DNA of 64,000 nucleotides, from assembly GCA_016182555.1 (NCBI GenBank), contig JACPGJ010000007.1:53-64052 (forward strand), written 5' to 3'. Origin of the DNA: Candidatus Kerfeldbacteria bacterium. Its GTDB lineage: Bacteria; Patescibacteriota; Patescibacteriia; UBA9570; XYC2-FULL-38-9. Numbering within the stretch: position 1 is the first letter of the stretch; each line of letters begins with the position of its first letter. Below the pieces are notes generated by a model. It ran no database searches, was not told the origin of the DNA, and was given only the letters and a program-made list of their open reading frames with translations. Shown piece after piece: positions 29,626-39,190 of the stretch. The position numbers and the translations under genes are program-made.

Positions 29626-29877
29626 ATGAATAATGAGAAGAAAAATTTAGAATATGCCAATCAAGAAGCGTTGCTTGCCCAACCGATGAGCAGCGTTCCA
29701 AAATTTGCAACAAACGTTAATTTCAATAAATTAACGAATGGCAGTATCATTATCTCCTTCTTTACTCAAGCATTTCCAGATGCTCCAGCTGTACTGATTG
29801 AAACCATCATTGTTGATGAACAGCACGCGAAAGACATTGTAAAAATTTTACAAGAAGTTATTGATAAAAAAATATGA
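29626..29877 (+). CDS. Small protein, DUF3467-like
   Basis: FATNV...IIISF...IIVDEQHAKDIVKILQE pattern; -10 tatact 8 nt upstream. Confidence 0.6.
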   Translation: MNNEKKNLEYANQEALLAQPMSSVPKFATNVNFNKLTNGSIIISFFTQAFPDAPAVLIETIIVDEQHAKDIVKILQEVIDKKI

Positions 29878-30062
29878 ACACAACACCTATCGTGATTGAA
29901 CAATCATATCGTGCTACCTCTTCTGTAAAATCAAGTTATTCCGCTGGTACGTTGAAAAACAACCATAAGAATAGTATAAAAGAGGCGCTTCAACATGGTA
30001 TTTCGCTGTTGAGAAATGCAAGGAAAAAATCCCATGCGACACACAAGGAGTTGTTTAGATAA
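29874..30062 (+). CDS. Small basic hypothetical protein
   Basis: ATGA overlap with the upstream gene, TAATG overlap with the downstream gene. Confidence 0.55.
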   Translation: MNTTPIVIEQSYRATSSVKSSYSAGTLKNNHKNSIKEALQHGISLLRNARKKSHATHKELFR

Positions 30063-30337
30063 TGTCATCTATGGATGAAAAAGAAAAGGAACTTATTGAA
30101 TTGATGAAAGAATGGAAGGATGAGGTCAAGGGAATTGCTACTGATTATAATACAGCCATCGCAACACTGGATGAAAATAATAAAAAATGGTGGGTAGTGT
30201 ATAAACCATTCATTATTACTATAATCTCATTTTTCTTCCTTATTTTTGGATTTATTATCGTGAGTAAAACTACCCAATGGTGTGAATTAACCATGAGCTT
30301 TCCGAATGGTGTAGTGGCTTCAAGCAGGTGCGAATAA
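30062..30337 (+). CDS. Small membrane protein (coiled coil + TM + two Cys)
   Basis: Translationally coupled; one long hydrophobic helix. Confidence 0.6.
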   Translation: MSSMDEKEKELIELMKEWKDEVKGIATDYNTAIATLDENNKKWWVVYKPFIITIISFFFLIFGFIIVSKTTQWCELTMSFPNGVVASSRCE

Positions 30338-30383
30338 TTTTTTGCCTCAAATTTTGCCCTGCAGAAACGAGTGTATATAAAAC

Positions 30384-30941
30384 CTATTCCATCAGTGGAT
30401 CGCGATACTTGCGATCTTCTTTTGCTTTACGTGCTAACAATTCACGAATAAAATCCGCTTTATTCATCTTCTGCTTCTCGCTGCGCCAGGTTAAATAGCG
30501 GTCCACCCGCGGGGACAAACGCAATGTGTATTTTATTGATACCGCTTCATCATGCTCTTGCCGCAACGGGTCATGCATACCAATAAAATGATTCACCGCT
30601 TCCGCCAAGCTCGTTTCCATATACGAAAATGTTTTAACCGGTTTGGGTGTCGCTTTTTTCCGAATATATTTCAATAACAAACGCGGAGATTGATTCTTTG
30701 CATACAAACACAATGTCGGCTTATCGGCTAAAATAGCTTGAGCCAAAATAAAATGCATCAACGGATTCGGTTTCGTAATTTCAATAATGAGTAAATCTAC
30801 CTGGTCCAGGAAAAATGCAACGCCTTCGGGCAAGCGTTTTCGTTTGCGAATTTTTTCGGGCGTCAATACCGAAACACCAGCCTCACGACAGGCGCGAAGG
30901 ATAGCACCACCAGTTTTTTCATCATGAATGTAGACTCTCAT
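30384..30941 (-). CDS. Nucleoside-deoxyribosyltransferase-like domain fused to a ribbon-helix-helix domain
   Basis: VDLLIIEIT...AILADKPTLCLY; C-terminal KYTLRLSPRVDRYL...MNKADFIRELL. Confidence 0.7.
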   Translation of the reverse strand: MRVYIHDEKTGGAILRACREAGVSVLTPEKIRKRKRLPEGVAFFLDQVDLLIIEITKPNPLMHFILAQAILADKPTLCLYAKNQSPRLLLKYIRKKATPKPVKTFSYMETSLAEAVNHFIGMHDPLRQEHDEAVSIKYTLRLSPRVDRYLTWRSEKQKMNKADFIRELLARKAKEDRKYRDPLME

Positions 30942-31930
30942 CGCCGTTTTTTTATTGATTTTGCTCGTTTCACTGGTTTAACTCGCCTCAAATGTTCTCC
31001 AATAAAATCCTGATCCATGGCGTTTTTTAACTTTGCCAGCACAGATCGCTGACCAGAAAGCCAGGTGAATTTTGCGGCAGCACAATCAGGCGTTAACCCG
31101 GTGATCTTCGTTACTCGGCCATTGGTATACAACAAAACAGCAGCAGAGGTTAATACCAATGTTGGCACCTTTTTCGGCAGCAAGCGCGCCGCAGACACAG
31201 GCAGAGAAATGTGGCGACTATCCAAAATAAGGCCACGCGTTTTCTTTTCAACTTGCAGATCTTTGATATCCCCAGCCGTTAACACTTGATATAAGACGCG
31301 TTCACCGTATGCGACGTAAATCTCTGGCTTAACCCGTTCAAGCGCGTGCTGATTTTCTAATAGCTGAATGCCAAAATCAATATACCCGCCACCCACGCTG
31401 CCATGAGCACTACTGGCTGGATAAATACCCGGATGATCTTTGTCTTCACTCACCAATGCATGGGTGACCGGAATAATGGAAGAACCAAACGCGATAAAAC
31501 TGCCGGCCGCCTGAGCCGTGACCATTTGTGTGGCATTCACAATACTCGCTTTCAAACCAATATCTGGATATTTCGCTCCTGCAGCAATGGTAGCCAGATC
31601 ATCGTGTGAAATGGTGCTAATGACGATCGGTTTGCTGAGACGGCCCAACATAAACGCGAGCAAGTTCGCGTTATAGAGCACGTGCGCATAATCCATGGTG
31701 ACAATAAACCCATCGTAGCGGTTCCATTCGCGCTGAATACGCCGAGCTATGCGTTGTAAAATTTGCGGTTGGTCGGGTGCGGTGTGGCCAGCAATAAACA
31801 TCGGCTCTGCGGTGGCGACCATTTCTAATTCAATAAACTCCTTGTTCCACCGGTTCAAGGCATTTTGGTTTTTTAATGGATGTTGTCGACCGCCGGCATA
31901 CAGCAAGGCAATCTGGTGCTTTTCAAGCAT
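30938..31930 (-). CDS. Asparaginase-fold protein, catalytic residues degenerate
   Basis: IALLYAGG, YDGFIVT, LAFML..LSKPIVIS, TPDCAAAKFTWL, DFIGE. Confidence 0.7.
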   Translation of the reverse strand: MLEKHQIALLYAGGRQHPLKNQNALNRWNKEFIELEMVATAEPMFIAGHTAPDQPQILQRIARRIQREWNRYDGFIVTMDYAHVLYNANLLAFMLGRLSKPIVISTISHDDLATIAAGAKYPDIGLKASIVNATQMVTAQAAGSFIAFGSSIIPVTHALVSEDKDHPGIYPASSAHGSVGGGYIDFGIQLLENQHALERVKPEIYVAYGERVLYQVLTAGDIKDLQVEKKTRGLILDSRHISLPVSAARLLPKKVPTLVLTSAAVLLYTNGRVTKITGLTPDCAAAKFTWLSGQRSVLAKLKNAMDQDFIGEHLRRVKPVKRAKSIKKRR

Positions 31931-31994
31931 GCAGTGATGATACTGTGTTTTTTGATGTAATGCAACATTTTTCTGGTTTTATACAGTTGACAAA

Positions 31995-32021
31995 TAGTAT
32001 ACTTTAGATTATACTGATTAC
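31995..32021 (+). repeat. 27-bp direct repeat, copy 1 (upstream of the ATPase gene)
   Basis: tagtatactttagattatactgattac; 25/27 identical to 33480-33506. Confidence 0.8.
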
Positions 32022-32049
32022 GAGTATACTATTTATAACCGCTAAAAAT

Positions 32050-33444
32050 ATGAAATTCATTAATAGGCACAATGAGCTCTCCGCATTAGAAGATCGTTTT
32101 CGAAAAAATCAATCCGAATTCTTTATTGTGTATGGAAAACGACGTGTCGGAAAAACAGAACTGATTAAACAATTCATAAAAGATAAGCCATCAGCATACT
32201 TTTTAGCTGATAAACGAAGCATGAAACTGCAATTACAAGAAGTGGGACGAATTATTGGTGAGCAATTCAACGATGAAGTGCTGATGCGTGCCGGTTTTGA
32301 AGAATGGTTGGAGGTATTTCAATATTTGGGAAAACATGTGCGCCCAAACAAACCGTTTATTTTCGCGATTGATGAATATCCGTATCTGGTGGAAATAGAC
32401 AAATCGATCAGCTCCATATTTCAAAAAGGGTGGGATGAGTATCTGAAAAACAGTGGAGTGTGCTTTATTCTCTCTGGTTCGAGTATCGCCATGATGGAAT
32501 CTGAAACGCTCATCTACACTGCCCCGCTCTATGGACGAAGAACCGGTCAGCTGCTGTTGACTCCCCTATCGTTTACCCAAGCCCATGAATTTTTTCCTGC
32601 CACATCATTCCAAGAATTTTTATCGATATTTACCATTATGGGTGGCATGCCCGCCTATCTACTTCAATACCATGCGCATAAAAGCAGGCAAGAAAATATG
32701 AGGGATGCTATTTTTGAAAAAACAGCATTTTTACACAATGAAGTGGAGTTTACCTTGAAAGAAGAACTGCGTGAACCAAAACAATATATGGCGATTATTG
32801 AAGCGATTGCCAAGGGTTGTGCGCAATTTGGTCATATTTCGAACGCAACTGGTTTAGAAAAAAATACACTCACAAAATATCTGCATGTATTACAGAAGTT
32901 ACAATTGATCGCGCGTGAGGTTCCGGTGAGCGAAAAACACCCACAGAAGTCACGTAAAAGTATCTATACTATTTCTGATCAATTCTTTCGTTTTTGGTTT
33001 CGGTTTGTGTATCCATATAAAAGTGACATTGAAATTGGACGCTTGAATGAAGTAGAAAAAAAATTACATGAAGAATTTTCGCTATTAGAAAGTGTCACGC
33101 ATGAACAAATCTGTCGTGATGATTTGGTGAATCAGTATAGCAAACAGTTATTTCCCTTTGAACGCGTGGGGCGTTGGTGGAATAATGACGAAGAAATTGA
33201 TATTGTGGCGCTCAATACACCAACAGATTCCGTGCTCTTTGCCGAATGTAAGTGGTCAAATAAGGCCGTGGGGACAAATGTATATGACGATTTGAAACGG
33301 AAAGCTGCGCTGGTGGATTTTGGAAGCATGAATCGAAAAGAATATTACGCGTTATTTAGCAAAAGTGGTTTTACGAAAGCGATGATTGAAAAAGCCAAAA
33401 AGGAGAAAGTGCTGCTCATTGAAGAAGATCGCTTACTGAAATAA
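32050..33444 (+). CDS. Archaeal-type ATPase (ATPase_2 + wHTH + DUF234 nuclease-like domain)
   Basis: FINRHNEL, YGKRRVGKT, IDEYPY, LSGS, GGMPAYL, GRWW..EEIDIV, AECKW. Confidence 0.92.
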   Translation: MKFINRHNELSALEDRFRKNQSEFFIVYGKRRVGKTELIKQFIKDKPSAYFLADKRSMKLQLQEVGRIIGEQFNDEVLMRAGFEEWLEVFQYLGKHVRPNKPFIFAIDEYPYLVEIDKSISSIFQKGWDEYLKNSGVCFILSGSSIAMMESETLIYTAPLYGRRTGQLLLTPLSFTQAHEFFPATSFQEFLSIFTIMGGMPAYLLQYHAHKSRQENMRDAIFEKTAFLHNEVEFTLKEELREPKQYMAIIEAIAKGCAQFGHISNATGLEKNTLTKYLHVLQKLQLIAREVPVSEKHPQKSRKSIYTISDQFFRFWFRFVYPYKSDIEIGRLNEVEKKLHEEFSLLESVTHEQICRDDLVNQYSKQLFPFERVGRWWNNDEEIDIVALNTPTDSVLFAECKWSNKAVGTNVYDDLKRKAALVDFGSMNRKEYYALFSKSGFTKAMIEKAKKEKVLLIEEDRLLK

Positions 33445-33479
33445 ATGATATGTGGCTATTTATCATTTTTTATACTATT

Positions 33480-33506
33480 TAGTATACTTTCGATTATACT
33501 GTTTAC
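33480..33506 (+). repeat. 27-bp direct repeat, copy 2 (downstream of the ATPase gene)
   Basis: tagtatactttcgattatactgtttac. Confidence 0.8.
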
Positions 33507-33537
33507 ATACTGATGCTTGTTGCTGGTGGGTATTTTC

Positions 33538-33589
33538 TTGATATTCTAAATAACAACATAAGCACACATCTTGTTATTTAGAATATCAA
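33538..33589. repeat. Perfect 19-bp inverted repeat
   Basis: ttgatattctaaataacaa-N14-ttgttatttagaatatcaa. Confidence 0.8.
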
Positions 33590-33970
33590 TTGCGTTAGAT
33601 TAATGATGAATGGCATTTGGTGCCTGCCCCGGTGTCGGCGACAAAACAGATGATTGACTATCAAGAACGCATTGCGGCAAAGCGCAAAAAAACCAGTGTG
33701 CCCTATTACGACGAATATGGCTCGCGCCTGGTTGCTATGCAGAAAAGTTTAAATAATACCATTTTGAATATTTGATAAGGAATTTATAGAAAAACAGACT
33801 TCTACTGATTTTTATTTTGGCTAATATTAGATAAATAATAACAGACTGTGCATAAAATTCATTGAAAAGTATGATGAAGTATGATAAATTAGATGAGCAA
33901 AAATTCGTTTTTTGAAAATTTTTTGGTTTTACCACCTAAGCCACCCAGCAAAGGTGGAAGGAGCAGACAA

Positions 33971-35713
33971 ATGAATTCGAATGAAATCGCCCAGATTCTG
34001 GGCAGCGGTAAAAGTGAGACCCAGCCCTTCGGTTTCCGGGTGCTCGTTGACCCGACCGAGGGTTTTGAGCGTTATGAAACCGTATGGGCGGAGAACGGAG
34101 GCCTGCGGGCCTTCTTGAGGAAGCTGGAAGAGATCGTTGCTCATTATGGTTGGGGCGCAGTCAAGCACCACAACCATAACAACGATTTCGCCAGTTACTT
34201 CACACACCTGGGAGTGCAATCCCAGGGTTCGGCCCTTCATCAGATACAGGCGCTCGTGCGGAATCTGGAAACACAGACGCAGGGTCCATCTCGGTGGGCC
34301 CGAACTGCAAATGTGTATCAGATCTTTCCGAGAGCGTTCAACCTCTCGGGCTGGAGGGAATTCCACGACAGACCACCCGGCACCGCAAAACCGTTTTTCG
34401 AAGAATGGGCTGCGGAGGACTTCGAAACCCTCAACGACCTCGGCTTCGATACGGTCTGGCTGATGGGGACTTTCCCTATCGGCAAGCGCGGCGCCAAGGG
34501 TGGCGAGACCGGAAATGCCGGCTCGCCCTATGCAACTACCGACCACCAGGCGCTGGAACTCAGCCTGGGGACCGAAGCGGACTTCAAACGCTTCGTTGAC
34601 ATGGCCCACGAGTGTGGAGTTCGGGTGATCCTCGACATCATCCCGAACCACACCTCGCTGGACTCGCGGCTCCTGCGCGAGCATCCAGAGTGGTTCCTTC
34701 ACCACACAAACCCGGTCGCCGGAGAGACCGCGCCCTTCGGTTCGTTCGAGCATATCGACGGAGAAGGCAAACTCTGGTGGATCCGACTCGCAGGATGCGA
34801 GTACTACGGCAAACTCACGCCGTGGTGGGATGTTGCTCAGTTGAACCTGGCACATCCTGCCGTGCGGGAGTACGTCGTAACTACGGCCTGCCGCTGGATT
34901 CGAGACTTCGGCATCGATGGGTACAGAATCGACATGGCCTATCAGCTCCTCAACAGCTACTACTCTCGCAACTGGAAGGTCCAGATGCCAGAGCGGGAAC
35001 TGCTTGAGCAGATGATCACGGCCGTGCGCGAACTGCGCCCCGATGCCGGCTTCTTCGGAGAAGCCTACGGCCGCGAAGAAGACCTTTTTCTTTGCGGATG
35101 TGACACGACACTGCAGAAATGCACGTGGTTGGACGGGCTTCGGTGGCACCAGGGCCGTGGATGCAACGTGGAGCGGATCCGAAAGGAAATTCGCAACGCG
35201 GCAACAATCCACGCCCAAACCGACGGCCCGGGTGGCTACATCTTCGTGGGAAACCACGATGAAATGCCACACACGGAGGCGTACGGTCCGTGGACACGAG
35301 GCTGCGCAGTCCTCACGATATGCCAGCCAAACGGACTGCTGATCTTCAACGGTCAGGAGATCGAATTCAGCCAGCAGTCGAAGGACGACTGGCCGAAACC
35401 GATTCCGTTCACGCGGCCGGTCAAGATCGACTGGGCAGGTGCTGACCCGGAAACCGCAAGGTTCTACCGGTGGGTGTTTCGTACTTCGAAGAGCATTAGA
35501 GAAGAGCTCGGAGATGTACAGATGCACCCGCTGGAAGATCTCAACGGCAACTGGGTGGGCTACGCGCTCACCGGCAAAGACACCACGACGCGGTACCTCG
35601 TCATCGCCAACCCAACGGACCGGGCAACGATGGCGCATGTGTACCACACCGATCTCGGGATCAATCACTCGACACCACTCATGCCATACGGCTACAAAGT
35701 GGTTCGGGTCTGA
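33971..35713 (+). CDS. GH13 alpha-amylase-family glycoside hydrolase
   Basis: VYQIFPR, GSPY, DIIPNH, DGYRIDMA, GEAY, GNHDE (catalytic D/E/D); SD aaggag before MNSNE; GC-rich relative to neighbours. Confidence 0.92.
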   Translation: MNSNEIAQILGSGKSETQPFGFRVLVDPTEGFERYETVWAENGGLRAFLRKLEEIVAHYGWGAVKHHNHNNDFASYFTHLGVQSQGSALHQIQALVRNLETQTQGPSRWARTANVYQIFPRAFNLSGWREFHDRPPGTAKPFFEEWAAEDFETLNDLGFDTVWLMGTFPIGKRGAKGGETGNAGSPYATTDHQALELSLGTEADFKRFVDMAHECGVRVILDIIPNHTSLDSRLLREHPEWFLHHTNPVAGETAPFGSFEHIDGEGKLWWIRLAGCEYYGKLTPWWDVAQLNLAHPAVREYVVTTACRWIRDFGIDGYRIDMAYQLLNSYYSRNWKVQMPERELLEQMITAVRELRPDAGFFGEAYGREEDLFLCGCDTTLQKCTWLDGLRWHQGRGCNVERIRKEIRNAATIHAQTDGPGGYIFVGNHDEMPHTEAYGPWTRGCAVLTICQPNGLLIFNGQEIEFSQQSKDDWPKPIPFTRPVKIDWAGADPETARFYRWVFRTSKSIREELGDVQMHPLEDLNGNWVGYALTGKDTTTRYLVIANPTDRATMAHVYHTDLGINHSTPLMPYGYKVVRV

Positions 35714-35783
35714 AACCGAGACAACGACTCCGGGTCACGCAAGGAAACCCGGAGGTCCCCGTTCGCCACACAAAGGCAACGGG

Positions 35784-35826
35784 AGAGGGCGGCACATGCA
35801 TCTGCAATGGCTGCCCTGTTTTTTTA
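35784..35826 (+). terminator. Intrinsic terminator after GH13
   Basis: agggcggc...gctgccct followed by a T-run. Confidence 0.6.
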
Positions 35827-35887
35827 CTTTTTTATTTACCTTTGCTAGAGTTGTTAAGTTCAAGAAAAAATTATTCACAAATTTTTT

Positions 35888-37120
35888 ATGGAAGACAAAC
35901 AATTACTCATTGAAGAAGGATACAAGCACAGCACCGCGCTGTTGCGAGAAAATGCTACGGAATACGGTATGCTGGCCGCTTCACCAAAAAGCGAAGAAGG
36001 AAAACGCAAAGAATACACTTCCCTCTTCAGCCGCGACATTGGTGTGTCTTGTTTAGGCATGTTTGCCTCTGGCGACGAAGAACTGATCAGCATTGGTGAG
36101 CGGTCTTTAGAAAACCTCGCCAAAGCGCAATCTAAACTTGGCCAATTTCCTTTCTTCTCTGAACCAGGAAAACAGCAAATTCAATGGTGGATGCCAGGTT
36201 CACTTGATAGCACAATTTGGTGGTGCATTGCGGTATTGAAAAATTTAGAACTCACTGGCAAGCGCGATTTCTACGAAAAATATAAAGAAAATCTAGAAAA
36301 AGCATTTACCTGGTTGCAATATCAAGATACGAATAATGATGGATTAGTGGAACAAGGTGAATGTTCGGATTGGGCAGATGAAATGCCTCGCATGGGCGCA
36401 GTGCTCTATTCGAATGCGCTGTGGTATTGGTTGGTGCGTTTGCGAGTGGAAGTAGAAGGGCGAACCGATTTAGAACCGATGCGGCAGCGTGTGTATGAAG
36501 CGGCCAACACCATGTTGTGGGTGCATAAACGAAATGATAGTGCGTTGAATTATGTGCCGGATAACAATTATGTACGTGATAACTTTTTTGCGGCGAATAT
36601 TATTGAATGGACAAATACGCGTGCAGTTTTTTTACCATACTACCTTGGTTTTGTTTCTCATAAATCGTTTGAAATGCGTTGCGATGTGTATGGAAATATT
36701 CTTGCATGCATTAGCGGGCTTGCAGACGCAGAAAAAGCAAAAGAGATTACGGATTTTGTTGTCCGCTCCGGAATTAACTTGCCCTATCCGGTGAAGGTAT
36801 TGTATCCACCTATTTACCCCGGTGAACAAGACTGGCGCGATTATATGTCTAAAGGTCGTCAGAATTATCCATGGCAATATCATAACGCCGGTATCTGGCC
36901 ATATGTTGGTGGGTTCTGGGTGTATTGGTTAGCAGAGCATAACCCCACACTCGCAAAAGAAGAACTGTATCGCCTGGCACTGGCAAATAAAGTGGGTGAT
37001 TGGGAATTTAATGAATACCTCCATGGTCAACACGGCACTGCCATGGGAATCTCATTTCAGTCTTGGAACATGGGTATGTATATTGCCGCGTATACTGCGG
37101 TGCAGAAAACAGCGGCATAA
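35888..37120 (+). CDS. Six-hairpin glycosidase (GH100 invertase / amylo-alpha-1,6-glucosidase-like)
   Basis: FSRD, DSTIWW, DWAD, YPVKVLYPPI, YHNAGIWP, FNEYLHG, QSW. Confidence 0.85.
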   Translation: MEDKQLLIEEGYKHSTALLRENATEYGMLAASPKSEEGKRKEYTSLFSRDIGVSCLGMFASGDEELISIGERSLENLAKAQSKLGQFPFFSEPGKQQIQWWMPGSLDSTIWWCIAVLKNLELTGKRDFYEKYKENLEKAFTWLQYQDTNNDGLVEQGECSDWADEMPRMGAVLYSNALWYWLVRLRVEVEGRTDLEPMRQRVYEAANTMLWVHKRNDSALNYVPDNNYVRDNFFAANIIEWTNTRAVFLPYYLGFVSHKSFEMRCDVYGNILACISGLADAEKAKEITDFVVRSGINLPYPVKVLYPPIYPGEQDWRDYMSKGRQNYPWQYHNAGIWPYVGGFWVYWLAEHNPTLAKEELYRLALANKVGDWEFNEYLHGQHGTAMGISFQSWNMGMYIAAYTAVQKTAA

Positions 37121-37143
37121 AAAAGCCCATTCGGGTCATCTGC

Positions 37144-37194
37144 TTGACAGGTCAGGAAGTTAATCATATACTTACATAAGTAAGAATATCTTAC
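37144..37194 (+). promoter_or_regulatory. Sigma70 promoter with overlapping palindromic operator for the TA operon
   Basis: ttgaca-17-tatact followed by cttac-ataa-gtaag-aatat-cttac. Confidence 0.65.
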
Positions 37195-37212
37195 AATTTA
37201 CCCCACCCATTT

Positions 37213-37485
37213 ATGATCAAAACCATGCAAGTGACTAGCCTTTCTTCTAAGGGTCAAGTCGTTATTCCCGCTACTGTTCGCCAAGCGTTAAATATTTCCA
37301 GTGGTTCAAAGCTACTTATTTTTAGTGATGGCGGAAATATTTTACTCAAACCGATCATGGCACCAAAAGCCAAAGAATTTGATACACTTATTCAAGAAAG
37401 CCGAAAAATAGCAAAAAAAACGAAACTGAACAAGAAGGATATAACAAAAACGATAAAAAACATTCGTCATGCGCGTAGTTCTTGA
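37213..37485 (+). CDS. AbrB/MazE-family antitoxin
   Basis: SSKGQVVIPATVRQAL...ILLKPI. Confidence 0.9.
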   Translation: MIKTMQVTSLSSKGQVVIPATVRQALNISSGSKLLIFSDGGNILLKPIMAPKAKEFDTLIQESRKIAKKTKLNKKDITKTIKNIRHARSS

Positions 37486-37879
37486 CACGAATGTACTCAT
37501 TTCAGGAATCTTTTGGGCAGGAACACCTTTCCGTATTCTTGAATTATGGAATAACAAAAAAATCAATCTTATAGTCACTGAGGAAATACTACAAAAATAT
37601 GTTGCTGTTCTTCGGAGGCATGAGGACCATTCAGGAATAGCAGATGAATGGTTGATGTTATTTTCCCAAAGATTTCAGATAATAGAGAACCAACATCATT
37701 TGCGACTTTCACGCGACCCCTATGATGACATGTTTATTAATGGCGCGATAACTGGCCGGGCAAAATATATTATTAGTGGCGATAAAGATTTGTTGACGCT
37801 TCATTCTGTAAAAAATATTCGTATCGTTTCCCCTGCGCAATTTTTAAAAATATTCACGGAAGAGACAAGCAAAAAATAA
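37469..37879 (+). CDS. PIN-domain toxin
   Basis: MRVVLDTNVLIS, RDPYDD, ISGDKDLL. Confidence 0.92.
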   Translation: MRVVLDTNVLISGIFWAGTPFRILELWNNKKINLIVTEEILQKYVAVLRRHEDHSGIADEWLMLFSQRFQIIENQHHLRLSRDPYDDMFINGAITGRAKYIISGDKDLLTLHSVKNIRIVSPAQFLKIFTEETSKK

Positions 37880-37899
37880 AACAGCTTACCCATCAAAAC

Positions 37900-38748
37900 T
37901 TATGCAGATAGTGAATCCAAACAACTAATCTTTTTTACTTTTGCAAAACTTTCCCAGGATAAAAAATGTGTTCCCTTCAAAATTTTCTTCTGTTCTTCGT
38001 GTGGCAAAAAATAATTTGAACCAATGTCATATCGCGGCACGGTGAGTGAAGGAAAACGGCGAACAAAACGTAATTCATTTTTTTCTGTGTACACAAAAAG
38101 ATATGAAGGCACGGGCTGTCGTTGATTGATAATGGAAAAACCAAAAATACACAGGCTATTGGATTCACGCTGAGACGAACCACCGCTTCCTCCACGACGA
38201 ACATATTTTTTATCCTTCTCTGTCCAGATAAACAGATTGTCGTACGGGTTCCTCCAATCCAGATGGTTGATTGGCGCTGGCAAACGATAATAGCGTTCTC
38301 GATCGATTCGATAACGCGGCTTCATGAGGTTCGTTTTCTTTCTATATTTTTGAAGAATCTGTTTTTTGTATCGCGGTTCTAGCTCGCATTGAATAATATA
38401 CTCATCAATTTCTTTTTTCTCTCCTTCTTTTTTGCGTAGAATCTGATACTTTTTCAACCACTGCAGGTACAAATTACTTCTGTTCCACTGGTCATACTCT
38501 TGAGTGAAAAACTGATAGAGTGCTTCATGATAGAGCGAAAGACGAGGAGTGCGTGTGTGCTGTACATATTCTTTTTTACTCCTTAATTCACTGCGCAAAT
38601 TATCAATAATAATAGTAACCGTGTATGGCTGCTGACTGCGAACACGTTTTGCTATATCCGTGTGCGAACGATCGTGACGCGACTCCCATTGTATTCCCTT
38701 CAATAAAACAGGATCATACAAAACATATTTGAGCGGAATATTTTTCAT
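37900..38748 (-). CDS. Basic hypothetical protein downstream of a TA pair
   Basis: 282-aa ORF rich in K/R/Y; starts 19 nt after the PIN gene stop. Confidence 0.7.
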   Translation of the reverse strand: MKNIPLKYVLYDPVLLKGIQWESRHDRSHTDIAKRVRSQQPYTVTIIIDNLRSELRSKKEYVQHTRTPRLSLYHEALYQFFTQEYDQWNRSNLYLQWLKKYQILRKKEGEKKEIDEYIIQCELEPRYKKQILQKYRKKTNLMKPRYRIDRERYYRLPAPINHLDWRNPYDNLFIWTEKDKKYVRRGGSGGSSQRESNSLCIFGFSIINQRQPVPSYLFVYTEKNELRFVRRFPSLTVPRYDIGSNYFLPHEEQKKILKGTHFLSWESFAKVKKISCLDSLSA

Positions 38749-38767
38749 AGCAGAGAATGAAAAACTG

Positions 38768-39190
38768 TTATTTTTTGGCGAATCGTTTATACGTATTCGC
38801 TAACTGTTTGTCGAGAGTAACTAAATCAAGTTTGGCATGTTCTGTAAGAAATAAGAGTGACCAATCAGTGAAAGATAATTTTGGTCGAAATTGATGTTTC
38901 TTCATATATACAGTAATTTTTTCAAGCAAACTTTCATCTACGGACAAAATAGATATCGTTGGTTGACGTTGAATATACTCCATGAAATCCTGTGCCAAGG
39001 TATGTTTATTTTTGTACAACAACACGGTCATCACTTCTTGAATAACCAATGAAGAGATAATAATTGGATAATATTGTTCAATCATAAATTCAAGAAATTC
39101 CTTTGCCAGTTCAGATTGTGTTTCACCCTTGTCAAAATACGCTATCCAAATATTCGCATCGGTCAAGTATGGTTTATCGTCCGATGCCAT
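38768..39190 (-). CDS. VapC-like PIN toxin
   Basis: LTDANIWIA, VIQEV, LSFTD, TLDKQL; likely start MASDD. Confidence 0.88.
   Translation of the reverse strand: MASDDKPYLTDANIWIAYFDKGETQSELAKEFLEFMIEQYYPIIISSLVIQEVMTVLLYKNKHTLAQDFMEYIQRQPTISILSVDESLLEKITVYMKKHQFRPKLSFTDWSLLFLTEHAKLDLVTLDKQLANTYKRFAKK

Noticed and set aside
33599-33775. Coding-like fragment NDEWHLVPAPVSATKQMIDYQERIAAKRKK...
   Set aside because: Looks like a truncated gene piece, and I cannot assign a family, so it is not listed as a feature.
33929-35668. 579-aa antisense ORF across GH13
   Set aside because: No motifs or RBS; an expected shadow frame in GC-rich coding DNA.
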